Position numbers and translations under genes: made by a program
Notes under the pieces: model-generated
Databases searched by the model: none
Seen by the model: only the letters and a program-made list of their open reading frames with translations
What the model was told of the DNA's origin: nothing
Part shown: positions 1-14,200 of the stretch, one piece after another
How the letters are laid out: every line of letters starts with the position of its first letter
Position numbering within the stretch: the first letter of the stretch is position 1
NCBI GenBank assembly: GCA_048213135.1
Contig: PS015165.1
Coordinates: 22,970-57,262 of the forward strand
DNA: 34,293 bases
Source: Reclinomonas americana ATCC 50394
Taxonomy: Eukaryota
Direction: 5' to 3'

Positions 1-43
1 GTCATGTGACATCTCTTTACCTTTACGTCTGACCGCTCTCTCT

Positions 44-75
<32 letters not shown>

Positions 76-221
76 CCCATCTCTCTGTCTTTCTCTCTCC
101 TTCCTACCTCCTCCATTACTCCCCCCCTCTCGCACTCACTCCTCCATTCTCTCCCTCCCTCCCCTCCCTCCCTTCCTCCCTCCTCTCTCCTCTCTCCTCC
201 CTCCCTCCCTCCCCCGCGCAG

Positions 222-1075
222 ATCGCAGCAAGATCTCCTGTCACTGGCCTTCTGTCCGCCGTACTTGATTGTCGGCGGCACAGACACGGGTGCACTGGTG
301 CTGTTCAACTTCAACTCGTCGACACGCGTCGGCGAGATCCAGGTGCTCGAGAGTGGCTCCGACAGCGGAGAAGCTGCGGGCGCGGCCAGCTACATTGAGA
401 AGGTGAGCCGGCGCGCAAATTGCCTTTTTTCCTTTGAAGAAGTACTCACCCCCTCGTGCAGATCGTCTCCCTTCCCAAGAAAGACGGCCTTGTGGCCTGC
501 GGCTGCGGCGACGGCACACTCCGTTTCTTCCTCCTCCGCGAGACGCGCCAGGTGGGCGTAATCCAGGCCTCGTACCGCCTGAACAACCCGATCACTGCGC
601 TGTTTGTGACGGCCGATAACGATGTGCTGGTCACTGGTGACGCTCTCGGCTACATTCGTCTGTGGAACATTACGGGCGTGCCGCCGGGTGCCGGTCTGGT
701 CACCGAGGACATGGTCGTGTGCACCTTGTCGTTCCGCGCTCACGAGTCGATCATCACCAGGTATGGGGAAAAGAACGTCTTGCTTCACACCTCCCTCGCA
801 CTCACTCCACTCCCAGCTGCGCGTACGAGCCGTCCACGCACATTATCGCCACGGGTAGCTCTGACTGCACGGCGCGCATCTTCCTCGACAATGGCATGAG
901 CGCGGGTCTGCTCGGCGCCGACAAGTGGCGAATCAATGACCGCAAGACATTCCGCAAACTGCGTGTCCCCGAGATTCAACAGGAGCAGGAGTCGGAGAAC
1001 CGTCAGCGCATGGTCCAATTCCTGCGCAGCCGGGCCGAGGAGCAGTTGACTGTGCTGGAACGACGCAGTTCAATT
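222..1075 (+). CDS. 3' part of the EF-hand/WD40 (WDR49-like) gene, on an apparently inverted contig; exons 222-402, 462-760, 817->1075 (runs into gap)
   Basis: GT-AG introns 403-461 and 761-816 join an uninterrupted WD40 sequence: QQDLLSLAFCPPYLIVGGTDTG..LVACGCGDGTLRFF..LVTGDALGYIRLWNI..FRAHESIITSCAYEPSTHIIATGSSDCTARIF. This resembles my recollection of the WDR49 C-terminal blades. Confidence 0.8.
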
Positions 1076-1680
1076 NNNNNNNNNNNNNNNNNNNNNNNNN
1101 NNNNNNNNNNNNNNNNNNNNNNNNNNNNNNNNNNNNNNNNNNNNNNNNNNNNNNNNNNNNNNNNNNNNNNNNNNNNNNNNNNNNNNNNNNNNNNNNNNNN
1201 NNNNNNNNNNNNNNNNNNNNNNNNNNNNNNNNNNNNNNNNNNNNNNNNNNNNNNNNNNNNNNNNNNNNNNNNNNNNNNNNNNNNNNNNNNNNNNNNNNNN
1301 NNNNNNNNNNNNNNNNNNNNNNNNNNNNNNNNNNNNNNNNNNNNNNNNNNNNNNNNNNNNNNNNNNNNNNNNNNNNNNNNNNNNNNNNNNNNNNNNNNNN
1401 NNNNNNNNNNNNNNNNNNNNNNNNNNNNNNNNNNNNNNNNNNNNNNNNNNNNNNNNNNNNNNNNNNNNNNNNNNNNNNNNNNNNNNNNNNNNNNNNNNNN
1501 NNNNNNNNNNNNNNNNNNNNNNNNNNNNNNNNNNNNNNNNNNNNNNNNNNNNNNNNNNNNNNNNNNNNNNNNNNNNNNNNNNNNNNNNNNNNNNNNNNNN
1601 NNNNNNNNNNNNNNNNNNNNNNNNNNNNNNNNNNNNNNNNNNNNNNNNNNNNNNNAGAGAGAGAAGAAGAGAGAGAGGAG

Positions 1681-1719
<39 letters not shown>

Positions 1720-1768
1720 CGGTCAGCAAGGTAAAGAGATGTCACATGCAAGTGGACTAACGACGCAC

Positions 1769-5827
<4,059 letters not shown>

Positions 5828-5849
5828 GGAGTCGGGGATGTCTAAGGAG

Positions 5850-6250
5850 GAGAGGGGTGAGGAGGAGGGTGGTGAAGGAGAAGGATGGGGAGAAAGGTGG
5901 GGAGAAGGAGGGGGAGAATGGTGGAGAGGATGGAGAGAAGGAGGGGAAGAAGGAGTAGGAGGGGGAGAAGGGTGAAGAGAAGGATGGGGCGAAGGAGGGG
6001 GAGAAGGAGGGGGAGAAGGAAAGGAGAGAAGGAAAGGAGAGAAGGATGGAGAGAAGGATGGAGAGATGGAAGGAGAAGGGAAGGAAAGAAGGATGGAGAG
6101 AAAGATGGAGTGAAGGATGGAGAGAAGGATGGAGTGAAGGATGGAGAGAAGGATGGAGTGAAGGATGGAGAGAAGGATGGAGTGAAGGATGGAGAGAAGG
6201 ATGGAGAGAAGGATGGAGAGAAGGATGGAGAGAGAGAAGAGAGAGAGAAA
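5850..6250. repeat. Purine-rich low-complexity tract with 12-nt GAAGGATGGAGW tandem repeat
   Basis: Repeated gaaggatggaga/gaaggatggagt units, clearest at about 6090-6230. Confidence 0.9.
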
Positions 6251-7133
6251 CGAGTCTGCATTGACTGATATCTTGACAGAGTGAGTGGGTAAGAGTGTGA
6301 GTGTGAGTCTGAGTGTGTGTGTTTCTGTTTCTCACCGTATGAGACACGGTCCATGTGCAGCTTGTCAATCGCAACAACAGCACTCAAAAGAGTGGTGTGT
6401 TATATGAGCTGAATCGCGTGTTGGTAAGTGCCCCCCCTTCGTGCTCGTCTTCAGTGTCTCTCTCTCTTTATCTGATTATGTGCAGTGATTGCACAGTGTG
6501 AGACAAGAGAAGAGAGCGGGATGCACGCTCTTTCTGTGCGAGTGTGTGTTTCTTTGAGTTAATTGAGTGAGTGAAACGGCCGAATCGTGCTGACTCATCG
6601 CAATATTGCATTGGTTTGTCCAGGCCGGGAAAGTTGTAGTACGAGCTTGAATGCACATTTCTTGGCTGTGCACACACAATCGACAAAGAGCAACGAGTAG
6701 AACCACTGGCAACCGCAATTGTGTGTTGAGGGCTGTCAGATATAAATCGATTCATGTCCGGATTGGCGTTTTATCGAGTTGTGCATCGCCAGCAACTCAT
6801 TCGCCAACAGCATCAACACCACCCTTGTTGTCAGGGATATTGCCTCTTGCCCCGACACAGGCAAGCTGTTTCGAGCACTGCCTCATCTGAATAAACATTA
6901 CCCCTATGATTGCAAGCACAACAAAACGAGAGCAGACCTTGACATAGAGTCTGGAAAGAGATCAGCTGCGGGCCTCCAAAGTGGCGGCGCCGACACAAAC
7001 GAAAGAAGTCTCCCACCCGAACAAGCATTTCTCCAAGCCCGTCGACATGCACCACTACATTCTGGGCACATCGACGACATCGGGGGTCTCTAATAACACA
7101 GAAGCGCGTGCACACACATGCACACACAGAGAG

Positions 7134-8230
7134 TTAGCGATTCGGGCGCCACTCGTACGCCTTGTATGCATTGTAGCCGCCGGCCGCCACTCCGAGCACT
7201 GTAGATACGCATGGATCAGAATGAGAGAGGGAGAGGAACAGAGATGAGGATGAGGAGGATGAGGAGGGTGAGGAGGATGAGGAGGAGGAGAAAGAAGAGA
7301 AGAAGAAGGAGAGGAAGAACAAGAAGGACAAGAAAAAGAAGAAGAAAGAGGAAGAGGAAGAGAAAGAGGGGAGGAGAAGGAGGAGAAGGAGAAGGAGAAC
7401 AAGAAGAAGAACAAGAACAAGAACAAGAACAAGAAGAAGAAGAAGAAGAGATGGAGGAGGAGATCAAGGAGGAGGAGGATGAGGAGGAAGAGAACAAGAA
7501 GAAGAAGAAGAGGAGGAAGAAGAAGAAGGAAGAAGAAGAAGAAGAAGGAAGAGGAGGAGAGGAGGAGGAGGAGGAGAAGAAGAACAAGAACAAGAACAAG
7601 AACAAGGAGAAGATGAACAAGAAGACGAGCAAGAAGAGCAAGCAAGAACAAGGGGAGGAGCAGAAGAACAAGAACAGGAACAGGAAGGAGGAGGAGAAGA
7701 AGAAGAAGAAGAAGAATGGGAAGAAGAAGAAGGAGAAGAACGAGAAGAAGAAGAATGGGAAGAAGGAGAAGGAAAAGAAGAGCAAGAAGAAGAGCTGAGA
7801 CAGAGAAGAGTGACGCAACGAGTAAGAGGCAGCATCGCCCGTCGCCTCGCCACCGCTGCCACCAAGGCCACAGAGGCCACAGTGGCCGCAGAGTGTCCCT
7901 CAAAGTCCTTGCCATCCTTGATCAAGTAGCTGTGCGCACATCGGAGTCAGATAATGCAATGCACCTCATCTCTTGTCACACACTCACTCACTCACCCTGC
8001 AAGACCATACGCGCCACCAATCGCCAGTCCGCCAGCCAGAGAAGGCTTGCTGCCTTTGCGCACAAAACCCGCAATGCCACCAGCTGCAGTCTGCAGAAGA
8101 CAAAGAAGAGAGAGAGAGAGAGTGTGTGTATGTGCGTGTGTGTTAGCCCTCCCTGTCCTTCTCATGCTCAGGGCATGCACACATTCACACACACCAGCGC
8201 AGCCATAGTGAATGCCACATGTGAGCTCAT
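7134..8230 (-). CDS. TMEM14: TMEM14-family small membrane protein (4 exons)
   Basis: Spliced product: MSSHVAFTMAALTAAGGIAGFVRKGSKPSLAGGLAIGGAYGLAGYLIKDGKDFEGHSAATVASVALVAAVARRRAMLPLTLLGVAAGGYNAYKAYEWRPNR*. It carries the family motif GGxxGxxxxGSxxSL. The last intron (7199-7819) is (GAA/GGA)n-rich. Confidence 0.85.
7225..7800. repeat. (GAA/GAG)n low-complexity tract inside TMEM14 intron 3
   Basis: Triplet purine repeats; the ORFs across it are artefactual. Confidence 0.9.
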
Positions 8231-8315
8231 TCTCCGATCGAGTCAACAACAAAACGCGATCTTCTGATAGGACTTTGCATACGTTTTTCCTTCCAATCCC
8301 TCTACATTCTCATCA

Positions 8316-11083
8316 TCACCACATGAAGCGACCCAGATGCCCACCAGCACCCACAAACGGTCTGGCCACGAACGCGTACAACAGCAAGGCCGTCACTGCT
8401 GCATTGGCAATGGCCGTCAGTGCCCATCCGATGTTGGTCAGCTGCACCTGCGATGTTGCCGCCCACTGCGACGTTGGCTGCAGAGGAATGAGCGAAATGC
8501 TCTTGGGGTGAAGGAGAACAGGGCGCAGACTCACCGAGGAGGAGGAGGATGTTGGTCGTCGCGTCGGTGCGCCACCGTGCAGCAGGAAGAGCAGGGAGAC
8601 GGGCACGGCGCAGTAGCGGAACTCGAGCACCGGGGATGGTACCAGCACGAGAGCGGTGCACAGAGCCCAGGCGACAAAGCGCAGAACTTCGCGCATGGTC
8701 CACGTGAGGTTGCCCGAGGCTGTGCGTGGGAATGAGTGACAGCAATGAGACCGACTTTCGTGCCAGCAACAGACTCACCAAACCACAGCACCACCAACGC
8801 CGCCGCCGTGTATCCCAGCGGACATGCTACCACGCGCATGGTGAACGATTGCGACAGCACATTCTTCCACAGGTAGAATGGGAAGTGGCGATTGTCGGCC
8901 ACAAGGAACGGGTGCACCACACTGCGGCATGGCAAAGACGTTAGCAAAAGTGAAGAGGCGTGGAACGATGCCGTCCAACGCAACGTAAACCGCCAGGCGA
9001 ACACGACAAAAGCAGTGTAGATGCCGAGAACGACGAGCCAGTGCCGCCGCACGAATGTCAGCGCAAAGACGACAAACGATCGCACTGCGGTGGGGATTAA
9101 TTCAGCAGCAAGGGACAGAAGGGAGCACGGGCCAGACAGTAGCGAGAGCGCAAAGGAAGATGAGAGAGAGAGAGAGAGAGAGAGCCGTCGCGGCTCCACA
9201 AGAACAGACTGCGACGCGAATGCGGGTGCAGCAAAGGAAGATGCAAGAGAGAGATGTTGCAGAAGCGGAGAGACGGACTGCGACACGAACGGAGAGGGAA
9301 ACGGACATGCGTCGCAGGGGAGTACGGGGGGGCTGAAAGGATCAAGCGAGAAAAACGAAGCGATCGCGAGCGAAGATGAGAGAGACGTATCAGACAGACT
9401 GCGAGGCGCGTGAAGAGAGAAACAGTCATCCGTCGCACGGGGAGCACGGAGCGGCTGTAAGACTTATCAGACAGGTGCGGATGCACGAAGCAATGGCAAA
9501 CGTAGATGAGAGAGAAACGAGAGAAGCATCGCCGGACAAGAGAAATGATACGCAACCCACACCACCACCACAGGAACGGAAGGAAAGCAGAGCGAGACAT
9601 CACGTGCCACAAAGCAGTCTGCTACTCAACAATTACTCACCATTCGTCAACACTATCAGCGCACACGAAGCCCCGAGGAACGCCGCACAGTAGCCAAGCT
9701 GCGCGAGATGAATGCCGACAGTGTGATTGTCACGATCGCCTGCAGTCGACAAAGTAAGCGTCGTGCAGCGACCACTCTTTTCCTCTTGCGCCACCCACCC
9801 AACGCCAATCCCCCGTTGATGACCACGAACGCGACAAAGAGGACGGCCAACAATGCTGCCGCCCAGTGCCGCCTCACAATCGAGACCCAGTTGCGCGGCT
9901 GCAGCAAGTAGCGCAACAGTCTCCAATATCGCGCCCGCTCGTTGTGCCTCACCGAGGCACTTGGCGGCGAAGCGAGCACCGCAGACGCGCCACCAGGCGA
10001 CTCAATGGCAACGTGATCCACTGTAGCAGCAGCAGCAGGAGCGATCAGATGTCACGAACGCGTTGTGCATTGCCAAGACACACGCACCCGTTTCCCTCAA
10101 CGTCGCCATGAACCACTCAATCTCCGCCAGCAGCGTGGCGTACAGCACCCAGATGATGTTGTTCTGTCGAAACAGCACGGCGAGCAGCCCAAACTGCATG
10201 CACATCCGTCAGCTTCCACGTCACGCCGGCGCGCACACGAAGCTGCAGCTCACCACCAGCACTTGTTGCTGCTTCTGCTGGTGCTGCTGTCGTGCATGCA
10301 ACGACGCGCGCACGGTCAGCAGCACAAAGAAGATGCCACCCGGGTCGGTGTAGTACAACGCCGTGAAGAAGGCGATGATCGGATGCACGGCCACCGCCAG
10401 TGCTCTCCACGTGATCCACGGAGCGACGAATGATCGGTTCTTCTCCACCGCCTCAGAATCGTCGGCCTCCTCGACAGCCTCGCTCTCCTCTTGCTCCGAC
10501 AACAGCGAGAGCGCCACCTCAAAGATGCCCCACACAAACAGCACATTGACACTGCGCTCGTGTCAGCAACGAGAGGCACGCGCTCGACAACAACCATTGC
10601 AAGAAGGTTCTAACCATCGCAGTACTTGCGGTGAGCACGAGTAGACCATCACACTTGGAGGCAGCTCGAGTGCAGAGCCCATGCCCAGTGCCTGTGTGAC
10701 GCGATACACAGTGCTGTACACAAGGCCGGCGATGTAGCTGTAACACACGAGCGAGTGAGCGAGTGAATCACTCTGTCTGTTGATTGTTCTTCCGCAACAG
10801 TCCAGGTGGCGTGGTGATCTTCGGGTCCCACTCATTCCACTCGCCTCGACAGTATCGCTGTGTCTGTGGCACGTGAAAGATCTCATCCTGCATGTGCACA
10901 GACACACACAAGTCAGCCTTCGCTTATCAATCTGCTTCTTCACCGCTCGCTTTCGTTCACCATGTAAGAATCCGGAAGTGTGACACACACAATGTGGTGC
11001 ACGCAGGTGAGGGCGCCTAGTAGTGCCACTCGTGTGCATAGGAGCGACCACCAGGTCCACCGAGAGTCTCGGCGCTGTGACAT
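8316..11083 (-). CDS. ALG10: Dol-P-Glc:Glc2Man9GlcNAc2-PP-Dol alpha-1,2-glucosyltransferase (DIE2/ALG10 family), about 10 exons
   Basis: Family motifs appear after splicing: [77 protein letters not shown] and C-terminal RFMW*. Confidence 0.93.
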
Positions 11084-11200
11084 CTTGATGCAACGATGTC
11101 CTGCAAGTTCGTTTTTACCGCGTGACGTCGACCTGTGAGGGAGTACGACAAGGACTGAAGCTGCTGCAGCTCATTAATAGTGTTGATTGTGTATTCCCAC

Positions 11201-14200
11201 TCAGCTCGCTCCACTATCAGCAACCACTGCTGCATCGGCTGCCAATTCAGCAGCCTCCGCAGGCGGGGCGGCAAGGACTTCGTGCTCCACGGCAGCGGCC
11301 ACTTCTTCCTCAACAGCAGCGATCACTTCTTGCTCCACGGCAGCACCTACTTCTTGCTCAGCAGCAGCAACCACTTCTTGCTCCACGGCAACGGCAACCG
11401 CTTCTTGCTCCACAGCTGGTACCACTTCTTCCTCCACAGCAGCGATCGCTTCTTGCTCCACGGCAGCGGCAACAACTTGCTCCACGGCAGCACCTACTTC
11501 TTGTTCCACAGCTGGGACCACTTCGTGCTCCACGGCAGCGACGATATCACGACCGCCCTCATCATCATCCACGTCCTCCACGGCAATCTCCTCCGCAATC
11601 ACATCCTCCTCGGCGTCGCCATCACCGCTGACAGCGCGCTCGAGCTCAACCACCCCCACCGCTTCCGCCTCCGCCGCTCGCATCACGGCCGCCATGGCCA
11701 CAGCATCGACTGGCGGCGTGAATGCCGGCTCGATCTCCTCCTGTGCCAGGTCCTCCTCCACCTCGGCCAGTGTGGAGTTGTCGGTTCCGTTCTCGCTCGA
11801 GGCGACAGCGGCGGCGGCGGCAGCGAGTTGCGGCAACAGCGAACCCATGGCCGACGAGCCATCCCAGCTGATGGGCCACGACGACGGAAGCGCAGATCGC
11901 GGCGCCGCGTGATGCGACGAGGTGGCAGTCGTCGTTGTGGTGGTGCTGGTCGCAGTGGTGGCAGCAGTCGCGGCGGCAGTTGCCGCTGCAGCCATGGTGG
12001 CGGCGGCGGTCCGTGCTGCCGAGGTCGGCGAGAACGACATTACACTCCAGCTGTCCGACGAGTACGAATCAATGTCTTCCATGTCGTCGCCACCGGTGCT
12101 TCCACGTCGCGCGAGCGGTCGCGGTGGCAGGAGTGGTTGGAGACGGAGTGCACTCGGCGAGGCGTGTGGAGACCCAGTTGATCGTGTCGTTGTGGTCGTC
12201 GTGGTCGTTGTGCTGCTACCTCCGTTGCTGCTGGTCGTGGTGGTGGTGGTTGACGTGGTCGTGGGAGCGGTGGCGACAGCTGCCGAGGACACTCCAATCA
12301 CCGTCTCCAGAGTCTGGTGCGCCTCTGGTGCGGCTGCTGCGGCTGCCGATGGCTGCTGGTACAGCTCGTCAAAGTCGTCCGAGGTGGCGGCCGCAATATG
12401 CATGCGAGGAAGAAATGGCGGCAACCTGCGACGGCACAAAAGTCAGTCGACCGGCCAACATTGTCAGCACTTCTCCCCTTTAAGACGCACGCTGCCATGG
12501 ACGGACTGAGTGCCGCTGCTGCAGATCGCGGTGACTGACGCAGCGGTGGCGACGAGTGCTGCACAGGCTCCCAGCGGATACGCTGCTGCGGCCGCGGCGG
12601 TGGCTGCGCCTCCACCGAGGCTAGTGAAGGCCACGAATCGAGTGCCAGTGCGTCGGCCAGCAGTCGCTCTGCCGTGGAGCCACTGCCGCCGGCAGCGACT
12701 GGCGACGACAGCTGGCACTGCATCTTCAGTGCTTCGGAGGTCTGGCAGTGAGCGGCCATGCGGCAGCCAGGTGATCCTTCCAGGGTGTTGAAACAGCATG
12801 TCCACTGCGCGGGGCGACGGGTGAGACAGGAAGAGAAAGAACTGGGAGAGCGAGAGCGATCCACGCACGTGCTGCAGGGTGGCCGACAGAGGTAGAGAGG
12901 AAGCATGAAAAGAGAGCAGAGTTAGCAGGCATGTTGAGGCATCAGTTTCCAGAAAAGAGACACTCACCCCCTGCGACACACAAGCAGTCAGTCAGCCAGC
13001 ACGATGCGTGGATCACGAAGAGGAAAATCACAAACCATAACAAACTAATTCACGAGGAGGAAACACCAGCATTGCGATTAGTGAATGACAAACAACGGGG
13101 ACGAAAGAATGACGTGAACGCACATCCTGTGCAAAATAAAAAATCAGCATCCACACACCAGCTGCAGACGAACACAACACAACGAAACTCCAGAGTGGAA
13201 TCGGCAACCGTGTCGGTGATTCGCGCGCGCCGATGTCCACTTGCGACAGCGCAAGCACTGCCATTCCTGCCACAAATAAACTAGATTCAGCACACATATG
13301 TCGCAACGTTGCGCGCAAGGACATCGAATTAAGAAACCATGTCTGCTCCCGCCCCACCCCACGCCATGACGCGCGGCTGCAGTGACAGCAAACCATGTTG
13401 TGTGTGAGCAACACATGCACTCCTCTAACGCTTGGGTGCGCACGTACCGACGGGCCACTGGGCTCCTCACTGCTCTTGGCCACATGATGGTGGTGATGAT
13501 GGTGATGATGTACGTGGTGGTGATGCTGCTGCTGTCCGTCACCGGCAGGAGACGGCAGTGTCTGGTGCGTATCGGAGCCGGCGGCATGTAGCATCTCCCG
13601 CACGGCCCGCATGTCGTCCACCGACGCCCTCCGCAAATAAAAGTCCTCGGCGGTGGGCGTGGTTGCCGATTTGCCTGATGTGGGCGTCGTGGCCGCACAT
13701 CCCGTATTGCCGCCTACGCTAGCGACAGCAGCCGCTGCTGTCGCCTCCGCGCTGCTTCCACCGTCAGTCGTCTTGTTCATGACGGCGGCCACGTCAATAT
13801 TCAGCCTTGCCGGCGCCACCACTAACTCTTGCACAGCGCCCGGCAGAGAAAATAGCTGCGCAATGGGAGGCGGAGGTGGCGCAGAGGAAGAAGTCACAGT
13901 CGTCGTCGCGGTCGCGGGGTCGGTGGTTATCGCCAATGGTTTCCTGCAATCGTCGGTGGTGAGTAACCCCCACCAACTACTGCAACCATAACGTTGCTGA
14001 GTCAAGCGCAACGTCTTGTACCCGGCGGCTTTCGTGGAGGGCGTGCGCGTGTTGGCCAACTGCAACTGCTTCCGTTCCACGACGGCCAGTGCGCGCTCGT
14101 TTTGCACCGCTCGCTCGCGCATCAGCGACACGGTCTTTTCCAGTCGGTCCAGCCGTTGCACCACCTGATTGTCCATGGTGCTCAACGTGATGAGGAAGCG

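Noticed and set aside
6830-6890. C/D-box-like GATGAG..CTGA on the minus strand
   Set aside because: The C box is imperfect and I could not recognise a guide sequence, so the evidence for a snoRNA is insufficient
7055-7925. Long Lys/Glu/Leu/Ser-rich ORFs in several frames
   Set aside because: They are translations of a (GAA)n tract inside a TMEM14 intron
11122-12509. Long plus-strand ORFs antisense to the acidic tail
   Set aside because: These are shadow ORFs of a GC-rich repetitive coding exon, with no independent splice or domain evidence
13160-13162. Additional candidate 3-nt exon CTG (cag|CTG|gtgtgt)
   Set aside because: It would require flanking introns of only about 27 and 32 nt and would break the Btk H-x10-CC spacing
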